From assembly GCA_043778225.1 (NCBI GenBank), contig JAYWGM010000011.1, forward strand, positions 1-43,533: a stretch of 43,533 nucleotides of DNA, given 5' to 3'. The position numbers and the translations under genes are program-made. Source of the stretch: Deinococcales bacterium. Lineage in GTDB: Bacteria; Deinococcota; Deinococci; Deinococcales; JAAFIG01. The notes below the pieces were generated by a model. The model did no database searches. It was not told where the DNA came from and saw nothing but the letters and a program-made list of their open reading frames with translations. Positions 20,906 through 30,542 of this stretch are shown here, in pieces. Position 1 is the stretch's first letter. Every line of letters begins with the position of its first letter.

Positions 20906-22925
20906 GGGGTCATCGGCTCTTCTGTTAAGGTACTGCGATTGCGGACACACTGAAATGCGTTGGCAATTGTATCTGAAGCCTTGAGAGCGTCTGTTGACCC
21001 ACACGGGTTCGGCAAATCTGCTGCTGCCGCTCCTGTTGGAAAAGAGCTTTTCATGTATGAATTCCACAGAGCATAAACACCCTGTGCAAAACCATTAGTA
21101 TCTCGCCAACTACTAGCAAGTTTATTAAAAGCAACCTGACGTTTTTCTCGAGTACCAAAGTCGTTACGAGCCAATATCTGTTTGGCATACTGATACATAA
21201 ATGTTCCAACTCGAGATTCGTTGGTTTGACCTCTTGGTGTAGTTGAACAGAAACTAGAGGATGTTAGATTTGCATCTAAGAGGCAGTCTTGGAAATAAGA
21301 CTGAAATCCCTTAAAAAATCCTGCTTCTCGCACATCTTGCGATGCAAACTCATAAAACGTCTGAGCCATTGCTTCGTTCAAAGCTATCTCTTTAGATGTT
21401 GCCTCGTCGTACGCATGATAATAGTTTAATCCTGCAAATCCACTACCAAAAAATGGACTACAAGGAAAAAAATTGCCCAAGCACCCCGCGTACCAGTTAG
21501 GGTGAGAGGTTTGATACCTGACATTGTGTCCAAATTCGTGAACCAATGGGTATGTTAATTGCCATTGTGCATCGGGTAGAATAATTCTAGACCCCGGTGC
21601 ATAAGCATACCCAAATTCAACAAATGCGGGCCAGAAGATAGCCACTCCAATTTTTTTATTCATTGAAGCAGATAGGAAATCTTGTCCCCATTTGGTCATT
21701 GTCCCAATCCATAATGCCTTTGTACTCCAGTTTTCGCTTGCATTCATCGTCATTGAGTGGGTTTTACCATCGTCTAATTTACTATTTTCCCACCAAATAC
21801 CTGTTCTTATTCCACTGCCAACTGTCACTGGAATGTCATTCGTACCGACACCGTGTTGAGCAGCCGTTGTAACTAAAACCCGAATTCCATCATGGATATT
21901 TAGGGGAGTTGCAACACCAGTATTGGGAATATTGGCGTTAATCACATAGTAAATATCTGGACCTGTATAATCTCCCCACCACGGGCTATCGGTGTCACAA
22001 ATTGGTTGGGTATAACTAAATTTACCTTCTGCGTTTAATACGCCTTGGGCAATAAGGGTATGCGGCCAGATTCCATTATGGTCAAAGACATTGACAATAA
22101 AACCAGCCAGAGGGTAAACAGTTCCAGCAAAGTCTGGACTTTTTATCTTAATTTCTACTGTTCCAAGTCGAGTGCCACAATTCGATTGCGGACGAATGGC
22201 GTTTCGGGTAGCATTTGTAGGGGGTAGGCGTTCAAGTGTACCGGGTGCTGGTTGTCCAGCCCCTGTTCCCCATAAGTAAGACACAGCTTCTGTGGGGAGT
22301 GTAATTTCCTTACCATCCTGAATTGCTTTGACATCCTTCATAATAAAATCGTCTCGGACGTTATCGCGGTTCTCGAGGTCAGCTTTGACTTGCTCCGTAA
22401 ACACACTGTTATCAGAAACCACAGGCAATTCTTTGATGTGATTCTCGAGTGTTTCTACCCCAGAACCATTCAAGTTAGCCGCCGCAAGTTTAAGGCGCGG
22501 CGTAGCATCTGCTGTAGCCACGTTAAAACTAAACATATCGTTGCTTGGTTCTCTTTCTTCGGGGCTGATTAAGCTGGCAGTAATACTTTGGAAACCCGCC
22601 CGTTTGAGCTTTGCCAGAACCTTGATTTCCTGATTTCCGGGCTTGAGGTCAATGCTTTGGCTGGTCTCGAGGATTTCTACATTTGGGGGCGCAAAAATTT
22701 GTAAGTTCGCCTGACCATGCTTAAAAGCCTGTATTTTGAAGGAAAGCGCAATCGTTTCGCCTTTTTGGAAACGTGTACTGCTTGTTTGTATTTCAAGGGT
22801 CGGTGGCTGGTCGCTCTGTATGGGACTGAGTTGGGTACAGCTTGCGAGGGCGGCGGCAAACATGGTTACGACAATGCCGAATCGTCGAAGGCGTTTACTG
22901 CTCTGCTCTGCTCTGCTCTGCTCAT
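20902..22925 (-). CDS. Lipoprotein zinc metallopeptidase (gluzincin-like), apparently frameshifted by an SSR after the ATG
   Basis: Lipobox LASC, HEFGH, ALNEAMA; SD AAGGAG 7 nt before ATG 22925, which is out of frame with the long ORF. Confidence 0.7.
22898..22922 (-). repeat. Pentanucleotide SSR (AGCAG)5
   Basis: Plus strand reads CTGCT x5; lies directly after ATG 22925 on the minus strand. Confidence 0.95.
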
Positions 22926-23047
22926 AATTACGCTCCTTGGTAAAACTCAAGATGGCTTCTGAACAGGGTTGATTTTGCCCCAAAGACATCGTACTCGAAG
23001 TTTCATTTTTTGGCAATAAAACAAGTATACGCTTCGTCTTTTACAGA

Positions 23048-23578
23048 CTATTTGTATTTCTCGAGCCTTGCCTCAAATACCAAGTCTTTACCCAAAATGG
23101 TGTACGGTGTTAAACCAGCCGTAAAAACAACCGACTCGAGCAAAGTCGTATACCCATTTTTACGATAAAACTCGAGGGCTGCCGTATTGTTGATTTGGGT
23201 ACTGAGCGCCACTTTGGGCTGCACAACCGTTTTCAACAAAGCATCATGCAGCGCCTGAGCCACCCCTTTACGCCGTGCTGACCCCAGAACCGCTAACTCG
23301 ACCAAGCACCATGTTTGCTCGAGTTGCACCCGCCCCAGCAAATGCTCAAACCACCACTGTCCAGCTTCGGCTCGAGACCCGAGCGCAAAACCAAGCACCG
23401 TACCAGTTGTGTCTCGAGCCAGAATGCCACGCCACTCTGGGTAGGCTGCCTGACGTAGAAAAAACTGAATACTTGAGTTCATCGGTTCAGAATTTCCACC
23501 CCAAACAACTTGATAAAGACTGACCACCTCGAGAAAAGCGGGTGTCTGTGGGTAAAAATCCTCGAGCGAGAAAAGCAT
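23048..23578 (-). CDS. GNAT family acetyltransferase
   Basis: LVELAVLGSARRKGVA, NTAALEFYRKNGY. Confidence 0.85.
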   Translation of the reverse strand: MLFSLEDFYPQTPAFLEVVSLYQVVWGGNSEPMNSSIQFFLRQAAYPEWRGILARDTTGTVLGFALGSRAEAGQWWFEHLLGRVQLEQTWCLVELAVLGSARRKGVAQALHDALLKTVVQPKVALSTQINNTAALEFYRKNGYTTLLESVVFTAGLTPYTILGKDLVFEARLEKYK

Positions 23579-23579
23579 A

Positions 23580-23749
23580 GGGTTAAAAGGTGAAAAGGTT
23601 AAAGGGTTAAAAGGTTAAAAGTAAAATACAGTTTCCACTTTTAACCTTTCTTGACCCTAAAGATGCACCTGTCTTGAACCAATACACGCACCTCACGGGC
23701 AGGTTCGCTTGCGGGCTGGGTCGCTTTCTACTTTTTCCCTTTTAACCTT
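23580..23749. repeat. Octamer inverted-repeat array interrupted by the nested mini-element
   Basis: (GGTTAAAA-like)n at 23580-23625; pyrimidine arm split into 23638-23648 and 23727-23749. Confidence 0.8.
23649..23726. mobile_element. Two nested 39-bp mini-elements (inner copy 23672-23710 inside an outer copy)
   Basis: Outer TCTTGACCCTAAAGATGCACCTG|GCGGGCTGGGTCGCTT; inner TCTTGAACCAATACACGCACCTCACGGGCAGGTTCGCTT. Confidence 0.7.
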
Positions 23750-23753
23750 GTCT

Positions 23754-24527
23754 TCACCTGCCTTTCCACGTGGGGCGGCGTTTCTCGAGAAAGGCTTGCA
23801 TCCCTTCTTTTTGGTCTTCCGTGCCAAAAAGTTGAGCAAAATTCTGGCGTTCGGTTTCTAAACCTTGGGCTAAACCTTGTTCAAAAGCGGCATTAACACT
23901 GGCTTTGGCGGCGCGAATTGCTACGGGCGCTCGAGCCGCAATTTGCTTGGCGAGCAGCAAGGTATGGTGCAGTAAGACTTCTGGCGGGTAGATACTCGAG
24001 ACCAGACCAGCTTTTAGGGCTTCTTCTGCCGAGAGCATTCTGGCATTTAAGACCATTTCCATGGCGAGGCTTTTGCCGATGGCTCGAGTTAGGCGCTGTG
24101 TGCCACCCGCACCCGGAATAATGCCAAGGTTGATTTCAGGTTGTCCAAATCGGGCATTTTCGGCAGCGATTAAAATATCGCAAATCATCGCCAGTTCTAA
24201 ACCGCCACCCAGCGCCAAGCCACTGACTGCGCCAATCAGGGGCTTGGGGAATTGGGCAATGCTCTGCCAAGCCGCATAACGCTTAGGGTTTTGCATTTCT
24301 GATACACCCGCGCCATTCATCTCGGAAATATCCGCCCCAGCCGCAAAAGCCCGCTCCGAGCCAGTCAGCACCACCACCCGCACGGTCTCGTCGGTGCTAA
24401 ACGCCTCGAGGGTTGCTGCCACTTCGGCAATCGTGGTGCTGTTCAGGGCATTCAGTACCTTGGGGCGGTTAAGGCGAACGACACGCACCCCATCAAATGG
24501 GGACTCGAGTAAAATGTTTTCTGGCAT
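23754..24527 (-). CDS. Enoyl-CoA hydratase, PaaF-like
   Basis: AFAAGADI, ALGGGLEL, FGQPEINLGIIPGAGGTQRL; TAGACT 6 nt before ATG. Confidence 0.92.
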   Translation of the reverse strand: MPENILLESPFDGVRVVRLNRPKVLNALNSTTIAEVAATLEAFSTDETVRVVVLTGSERAFAAGADISEMNGAGVSEMQNPKRYAAWQSIAQFPKPLIGAVSGLALGGGLELAMICDILIAAENARFGQPEINLGIIPGAGGTQRLTRAIGKSLAMEMVLNARMLSAEEALKAGLVSSIYPPEVLLHHTLLLAKQIAARAPVAIRAAKASVNAAFEQGLAQGLETERQNFAQLFGTEDQKEGMQAFLEKRRPTWKGR

Positions 24528-24551
24528 GAAGTAAGTCTAGCCTAAAAGCGA

Positions 24552-24600
24552 GGGTAAAAAGGCAAAAGGTTAAAGGGTTAATTTTTACTTTTAACCTTTC
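24552..24600. repeat. Octamer inverted-repeat array
   Basis: GGGTAAAAAGGCAAAAGGTTAAAGGGTTAA followed by TTTTTACTTTTAACCTTTC. Confidence 0.75.
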
Positions 24601-24608
24601 GTCTGCCC

Positions 24609-25058
24609 CTAATACCAATTGTGTGAGACAACCGCCACAGCAATACCGAGCAAAAAGCCAACAAAAACCTCAAAATAGGTGTGACCGAGCAGTTCTTTTA
24701 GCGGCTTAGGAGCAAAGCCTTCGCGCAGGACTGCTTCGAGTTCTTGTACAAGGTCGTTCAGGACTTCGGCTTGCATCCCCGAGGCACGGCGAATACCGGT
24801 TGCGTCGTACATCACGATGCTGCCAAAAATTGCAGCGATCGCAAAATAAGCACTATCCCAGCCATACTGCAAGCCACACATGACCGCCAGTGCCGCCACC
24901 GAAGAGGTGTGTGAGCTTGGCATACCACCCGTCTCGAGGATACGCTCGGGCATCCATTTGCGTTCAACCAGAAGAACCAGCAGTACCTTTAAGACCTGTG
25001 CCAAAGTCGAGGCAATCAGGGCTGTCCAAAGCACTTGGTTACTGAGCAGGGCTTGCAT
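24609..25058 (-). CDS. Divergent PAP2 family (DUF212) membrane protein
   Basis: TGGMPSSH, VMYDATGIRR, LKELLGHT. Confidence 0.9.
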   Translation of the reverse strand: MQALLSNQVLWTALIASTLAQVLKVLLVLLVERKWMPERILETGGMPSSHTSSVAALAVMCGLQYGWDSAYFAIAAIFGSIVMYDATGIRRASGMQAEVLNDLVQELEAVLREGFAPKPLKELLGHTYFEVFVGFLLGIAVAVVSHNWY

Positions 25059-25068
25059 GAGGTCTACT

Positions 25069-25590
25069 CTACCAATTCTGACGGGCTTTGAGCGCTAAAA
25101 TATGCTCGAGGTGGTGCTGGCAGTGCCAAGCGTATAAACCCATGGCTGGCTCGATTGTCCAAGCCCCCGAAGCTGGGTGCAGATAGCCACGTTGCCAATC
25201 CGCAGCCGAGCAGCCTTTTAAGAGGCTTGTCCAGCGCAAATGCAGACCCTCGAGCAGGCTTAGGCTGACCGAAACAGGCAGACTTGAATCGGGCAGCACC
25301 GCCCAAGCGGCTTCTTCGTAGGGCTTGATTGTGGGCGTATCTTCGGTCAGGGCTAATTTAATGCGAACATAGGCGTTCATATGGCTGTCTGCCACGTGAT
25401 GCACCAATTGTTGCACCGTCCAGCCACCTTGGCGGTAAGGGGTCTCGAGTTGGGCTTGACTTAAACCCACCATGGCAGTGCGTAACAGCCTTGGGAACTG
25501 CTCGAGCGTCTGGATAAAATCAGCAACTTCGGCACTCGAGTAGACTGCTTGGCGGGTAAATTGCCCAATCGGATAACGAGGGTCATTCAT
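25069..25590 (-). CDS. YfiT-like bacillithiol transferase (DinB superfamily)
   Basis: RYPIG, YRQGGWTVQQLVHHVADSH, YAWHCQHH. Confidence 0.88.
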   Translation of the reverse strand: MNDPRYPIGQFTRQAVYSSAEVADFIQTLEQFPRLLRTAMVGLSQAQLETPYRQGGWTVQQLVHHVADSHMNAYVRIKLALTEDTPTIKPYEEAAWAVLPDSSLPVSVSLSLLEGLHLRWTSLLKGCSAADWQRGYLHPASGAWTIEPAMGLYAWHCQHHLEHILALKARQNW

Positions 25591-25683
25591 GAGTGTATCT
25601 TGACATGAATTGGGCTTTGATGCGCTTAGCAATTGCGTTTTAATGACTCTTTAGAAAGTCGTTTTGGATTTAGACTGTTTTTA

Positions 25684-26937
25684 ATGAAAAAAATTTCACA
25701 GATTATTCTATTGCTGACCTTAATTTGTGGTGTTGCCCTCGGACAAATCGCACCGATTGACCCAGCCCCTGTTCTCGAGCCGATTTTACCAGAACCAGTC
25801 ACCGTCCCCAATGCCCCAACGCTCCCCAAAACGCCATCGGTGATGCTGCCACTGGAGTTAAAGGTCAGCACCAGCGAGCCAGAAATCCGTGATGGGCGTT
25901 TACTCAAGATACAAGAAACCAAAAGTATGTATTTGCCAATCGAGAGTGTGCTGGTTTCTCGAGCCAGACAAAACCTCTCGAGTGGACTCGAGTCTGCGCT
26001 GCAAAAATTAGCCCAAGAAGTCAACCAGCCAAGTCTCGATGCTCGTTTTTATCGGCTTGGAAAAATCTGGGTGGCAAAGCAGCGCAGTGCTTGGAAACTC
26101 GATCTTCCAAAAACTCGAGCTGGCTTACTCAGGGCATTGCAAAGTAAAGCCTTGACCGCCGAGGCAGTCCTTGTCCGCGCCGCCGCTCCAAAGCGCAGTG
26201 TGACCGAACTGTACCGCCGTGGAATTCGTTACTATTTTGGCGGCGGAAGCTCGAGTTTTGCTGGCAGCCCAAGTTATCGAGTCCAAAACATTTTGGCAGC
26301 TGCTAAGCAACTCGACTCGCTTTACCTCGAGCGAGGCGCAGTTTTTAATTTTAACTCGAGCATTCGTTTGAGCGCCAAGGCTGGATTTGTGCTGGGCAAC
26401 ATCATTCGTGGCAATACTTTATCCAAAGAAATCGGTGGAGGAATTTGTCAGGTCAGCACCACGGTTTGGCGGGCGGCTTACCAAGCTGGATTACCGATTC
26501 TCGAGCGCCACCAACACAGTTACCGAGTCGCCTACTACGACCCACCGGGTTACGAAGCCACGGTTTTTGCGCCGAGTAAGAATTTGCGCTTTAGCAACGA
26601 CAGCCCCAATGCGCTCTGGATACAATTCGAGTCAGACACCGATTCTGGGCAGCTTGAGATGCACTTTTTTGGGGTTGCCCCCGAACGTCAAGTGCAAATT
26701 GGTCAGCCACGTATCTCGAGCGAACGTCCTGCGCCCAAAGACCGTTTTATTGCCGATAAAGAAGTAAAACTGGGCGATGTGCAAATTGTCAGTGGCGCAG
26801 AATCAGGCATGAAGACCCAAATAGACCGAATTGTGCGCTACGGCTCTAGAATCCGACGCGACAGCACCAAAAGTCGTTATGTGCCGTGGGGTGCGATTTA
26901 TGCGGTCAATCCCAAAGACCCACGGGTTAAAAAATAA
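25684..26937 (+). CDS. VanW family exported protein
   Basis: Signal peptide, GGGICQVSTT, ERHQHSYRVAYY; TAGACT 7 nt before ATG 25684. Confidence 0.88.
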   Translation: MKKISQIILLLTLICGVALGQIAPIDPAPVLEPILPEPVTVPNAPTLPKTPSVMLPLELKVSTSEPEIRDGRLLKIQETKSMYLPIESVLVSRARQNLSSGLESALQKLAQEVNQPSLDARFYRLGKIWVAKQRSAWKLDLPKTRAGLLRALQSKALTAEAVLVRAAAPKRSVTELYRRGIRYYFGGGSSSFAGSPSYRVQNILAAAKQLDSLYLERGAVFNFNSSIRLSAKAGFVLGNIIRGNTLSKEIGGGICQVSTTVWRAAYQAGLPILERHQHSYRVAYYDPPGYEATVFAPSKNLRFSNDSPNALWIQFESDTDSGQLEMHFFGVAPERQVQIGQPRISSERPAPKDRFIADKEVKLGDVQIVSGAESGMKTQIDRIVRYGSRIRRDSTKSRYVPWGAIYAVNPKDPRVKK

Positions 26938-26960
26938 AAGCAGCCCAATTGGGCTGCTTT
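26937..26960. terminator. Bidirectional terminator
   Basis: Perfect palindrome AAAGCAGCCCAATTGGGCTGCTTT between convergent genes. Confidence 0.8.
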
Positions 26961-26989
26961 CTCGAGAATTGCACGAATACAGTCTTGCT

Positions 26990-27478
26990 TTACTTGGCTG
27001 GTGGCAATAAAACCGAGTCAAGAACATGAATCACACCATTGCTGGCAGCCACATCAACAGCCGTGACATTGGCACTGTTGACCATCACTTTACCGTTTCT
27101 GACCGTTACACGAACAGTTGCACCATTGACGGTTTTTACATTCTGACCGTTGAGTTTAACCACATCGCCGCTTAAAACTTTTCCAGCGACCACATGGTAC
27201 GTCAGGATGCTAACCAGTGTTCCCTTGTTTTCTGGCTTTAATAAACTGCTGACCGTACCGGCTGGCAATTTGTCAAAAGCTGCGTTGGTTGGTGCAAAAA
27301 CCGTAAACGGACCTGCACTCGAAAGTGTACCAACCAAATCGGCGGCTGTTACGGCTGCCACCAGAGTCGAGAAGGTGCTGTTGCCTGCTGCCACATCTAC
27401 AATTGTACCGGGTGCTGTTTGTGCCACGACCGAGGATGCCAAAACGACTGCTAAACCGAGTCCAAAAAATTTCTTCAT
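26990..27478 (-). CDS. Fasciclin (FAS1) domain protein
   Basis: [29 protein letters not shown]; signal peptide. Confidence 0.95.
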   Translation of the reverse strand: MKKFFGLGLAVVLASSVVAQTAPGTIVDVAAGNSTFSTLVAAVTAADLVGTLSSAGPFTVFAPTNAAFDKLPAGTVSSLLKPENKGTLVSILTYHVVAGKVLSGDVVKLNGQNVKTVNGATVRVTVRNGKVMVNSANVTAVDVAASNGVIHVLDSVLLPPAK

Positions 27479-27644
27479 ATGTTACCTCCGAACAGTTACT
27501 TTAAGCGCAAATCGGCTTTTGATAAGCAACCTAACTGACACTCAGATTTTATTGTGTCACACGATGTTTCAAAAAAACCAACCAAAGTCACCAGCAGACT
27601 GTAACTAGATATACAAATAGCTCGAGAATCGATTTGTCTGAGTG

Positions 27645-28856
27645 CTAAGATTTTCCCACCAAGTCTGGCGGCTCGAGAAATTCGTGTTCTTGAAGCTCGG
27701 GTGGCGCTGAAACGTTCAGAACCGTTGCAATATCTTCTTCGCTCACGCCAGAACCGCCAACGCTGGGCAGGTAAATTTCTTCGTAAATGGCTTTGACGAT
27801 AATCACCATCGGCACAGCTAAAAACGTGCCAATAAAGCCCATCAAAGAACCAAAAACCGAGACGCTGACCAAAATCGAAAGCGGTTGCAACTGGGTAGTG
27901 CGACGAAAAATAAATGGACTAAAAAAATAAGCATCGAGTTGTTGTAGCCCAACTGGAATAAAAATTGCCCAAAGCAGCATTGTCCATTGGGCATCGGCAG
28001 CCGCAAACAAAATAGCGGGCAGCATTCCAATGAGTGGTCCAATGACCGGCACAAGGTTACAAACCGCATAAATTGCGCCAAAAAGGACAGCATCCCGAAA
28101 ACCAACCAAGGCTAATCCAATCGTTAGCAGCGTCCCCAGCATCAAAGAAACACTGACGGCAGCGACCAACCACAGGCTTAATTGCCGCCCCAAGCGCGAA
28201 AGCAGCCGCTCGAGTGGCGCACGAACCGTACTTGGGATGGCACTCAGTAAACCGCGCACCACTGGCTGCGGATTTGCCAGCAAAAAAACCACCATCGTCA
28301 GCATCAAAAAAAGTGAAGCCAGCACATTCAAAACACTGGTTGCTGCCAGCGAAACCCCCGAAAGAATGGCGCTGCTTCCCGAACCAAGTAAACTGGCAAA
28401 ACTGACTTTGCCCGACAAAATATCGGTTGCCCCCGGAATTTGTGTTAGCCATGGCACAGATTCTTTTAGACGGCTGAGCATGGTCGGCGCACCCGTGGCA
28501 AATCTCGAGCCTTGGCTATAGAGCATTGGCGTAATAAGCGCCACCATACCCACAATTAAGCCAACCACCGCCAGCACCACCAGCACTGCGCCAACGGCTC
28601 TTGGGACACGGCGAAGCTCGAGCCAGACCACCAACGGATTGAGTGCCAGTGCCAGCACACTTGCCAGCAAAACCAGCAATAAAGAACCCGCCGCCGCCGT
28701 TGCCCACGAACCAAGCAGCAACACGCCAAGCACAACCCCTGCCACAATCAGTAAGGCTTTTAAGAGTGAGCCTTGCAGCAGCGAAACCCAGCCCCATTCG
28801 GTTTTTTCTCGAGCCAATGGATTTGGGGTTTTGGGTTTTAGAATTGGATTTGTCAT
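27645..28856 (-). CDS. AI-2E family (PerM-like) permease
   Basis: ALNPLVVWLE, NLVPVIGP, QQLDAYFFSP, GTFLAVP; SD AGGAG before ATG 28856. Confidence 0.88.
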   Translation of the reverse strand: MTNPILKPKTPNPLAREKTEWGWVSLLQGSLLKALLIVAGVVLGVLLLGSWATAAAGSLLLVLLASVLALALNPLVVWLELRRVPRAVGAVLVVLAVVGLIVGMVALITPMLYSQGSRFATGAPTMLSRLKESVPWLTQIPGATDILSGKVSFASLLGSGSSAILSGVSLAATSVLNVLASLFLMLTMVVFLLANPQPVVRGLLSAIPSTVRAPLERLLSRLGRQLSLWLVAAVSVSLMLGTLLTIGLALVGFRDAVLFGAIYAVCNLVPVIGPLIGMLPAILFAAADAQWTMLLWAIFIPVGLQQLDAYFFSPFIFRRTTQLQPLSILVSVSVFGSLMGFIGTFLAVPMVIIVKAIYEEIYLPSVGGSGVSEEDIATVLNVSAPPELQEHEFLEPPDLVGKS

Positions 28857-28915
28857 TGGGTCACTCCTGCTCGAGGCTAACCAATGGGCTTGAATAAAAA
28901 TTGGGTGGAGACTGA

Positions 28916-29233
28916 AGGCAAACTGAGCAAGACGCAATTCAAAGCCAACTCGAGGAATTTGAGACCGATATTTTGGCTTATGAAAACCTTAAAAAAGGTG
29001 AGGTGCGCTTTGTGCCATTGCAATCCTTAAATCATTTTGGCATTGCCTTTATTCAAGCCTGAATTGCCAAAGGATACACCCAAAAAGACCTTGCTCGAGA
29101 ATTAGGCATAAAAGAACAACAGGTGCAACAAGACGAAGAGAATTTATACGCTTCTGCCAGTATTCACCGTTTAACCCAAATTGCGGAGGTTCTGGAAATG
29201 CAAATCAAAGGACAATTTGAATTGACGCATTAA
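28916..29233 (+). pseudogene. XRE/HigA-like HTH regulator remnant
   Basis: Frame reads ...AIQSQLEEFETDILAYENL...IQA*IAKGYTQKDLARELGIKEQQVQQ...YASASIHRL; in-frame TGA at 29060; no start codon. Confidence 0.75.
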
Positions 29234-29248
29234 CTCTACTGGCAGGTA

Positions 29249-29455
29249 TTACTGAGCTAATTTCAGAATTCGGTCTGGAATCTTAAAGCCATCTGGAAAA
29301 CGCTTTGAGACAGATAGCACCTCGACCCCAATAACTTTACCAGTACGATTATAATCCACTGCAAAACCATCCTTAGTTTCCTCGGTACGCACCGATTGAC
29401 CAGCCCGAAATTGCACATAAACAGCATCAGCCTTTGTATCAAAATGAATAGTCAT
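29249..29455 (-). CDS. DUF2283 family protein (putative antitoxin)
   Basis: FDTKADAVYV...VDYNRTGKVIGVEVL. Confidence 0.85.
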   Translation of the reverse strand: MTIHFDTKADAVYVQFRAGQSVRTEETKDGFAVDYNRTGKVIGVEVLSVSKRFPDGFKIPDRILKLAQ

Positions 29456-29458
29456 CAG

Positions 29459-29749
29459 TCACTTCCTTCCTTTGGCTTTCTGTGTTCTAGGTTGCTCGAG
29501 TTCCCGACGAACTGTGACAATCAAACACGAAAGCACCACCGCTTCGCCATCCAAAAAACGATACCACACCTTGATTAAACTACCGCCATCAATTTCGCGT
29601 TCTGCCACCAATAAAGCCGCATCGGTACTGTCCCCGTAAACACGCTGAGGATTTAAGACTGTGAACTCGACAGTTTTTTGCGAAATACCGCGCATAGTCA
29701 TTTGGTACTTGGCATGAATGGTGAATTCAAAAAGAATTTTATTTGCCAT
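29459..29749 (-). CDS. DUF4258 family protein (putative RelE-fold toxin)
   Basis: FTIHAKYQMTMRGISQKTV...P motif; directly upstream of DUF2283. Confidence 0.75.
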   Translation of the reverse strand: MANKILFEFTIHAKYQMTMRGISQKTVEFTVLNPQRVYGDSTDAALLVAEREIDGGSLIKVWYRFLDGEAVVLSCLIVTVRRELEQPRTQKAKGRK

Positions 29750-29876
29750 ATGCCTCGAGTCTAACGCAACTTTAGCAACTGCTCGAGAATAAGAAGTTAA
29801 GGCTCGAAAACTAGAGTCTGAGTATGAATATGGGCGAAAACCATACGATGCTCTAAGTATGCAGTATAACCAATTT

Positions 29877-30128
29877 ATGCAAGCCGAAACCATTTCCATA
29901 GATACATTTGGACGAGTCTTAATCCCCAAACGATTACGAACTGCATTAAATCTCGAGCCGCAAAGTCAACTCGAGATTCAAATACAAAATGGTTCGTTGC
30001 TGCTCAGTCTGCGCCAACAAGGTGAGGTTGTCGAACAAGACGGGATTTTTGTCTGGATAGGAGCAGATATTCCAGATTCAATCGAAAGTGGGATGGCTGC
30101 GGCTCGAGCCGAAAGAATGGGCAATTGA
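29877..30128 (+). CDS. AbrB/MazE/SpoVT family antitoxin
   Basis: IDTFGRVLIPKRLRTALNLEP swapped-hairpin motif. Confidence 0.82.
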   Translation: MQAETISIDTFGRVLIPKRLRTALNLEPQSQLEIQIQNGSLLLSLRQQGEVVEQDGIFVWIGADIPDSIESGMAAARAERMGN

Positions 30129-30130
30129 TA

Positions 30131-30181
30131 TATTTTGTGCGCTTGGGCGAAGACGTTGCTGCCATCAGCCTCGAGCCGTAA
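30131..30181 (+). pseudogene. Possible C-terminal remnant of a PIN/VapC toxin
   Basis: YFVRLGEDVAAISLEP* directly after the antitoxin resembles PIN-protein C-termini from memory. Confidence 0.4.
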
Positions 30182-30410
30182 GCAATTTAAGTTTGTTCTT
30201 GAGCATGAAGGCTTTTAGGCTGAATATACAACTGTTTACCCTCTCGAGAAACGCAAATAATAATGTGATTTAGGTTAAGGAAATAACCCAAGCCTCGAGA
30301 TTTCTGCGCTGCATTGAGTTGAGTACACTTAGATTTTATGCGCGTCATAATTTTCTCATTTTTGCCTGATAATTACCGCTTTACATCTTGACACACGCAA
30401 TAAATTTTTA

Positions 30411-30419
30411 TGCTACACT
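30411..30419 (+). promoter_or_regulatory. Extended -10 promoter candidate for the amidohydrolase
   Basis: TGCTACACT; TTGACA at 30388, but with a non-canonical 20-nt spacer. Confidence 0.4.
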
Positions 30420-30542
30420 TTGATTAGCAAGAAATAATTCACAGGTCGAGCTACTATGGTTTGAGTTTTACTTATCATGTGATTTTTGTGAAACGCCAAA
30501 TTGCTGCCGTATTGTAAATCTAGTCGTAGGAAGTGAATTTCA

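Noticed and set aside
18646..24527. Assigning paaG/paaF symbols and a phenylacetate operon
   Set aside because: Crotonase subfamilies cannot be fixed by eye, and no other paa genes are in the window.
30182..30262. Further toxin remnant (QFKFVLEHEGF*AEYTTVYPLEKRK*)
   Set aside because: Too short and interrupted to support without a search.
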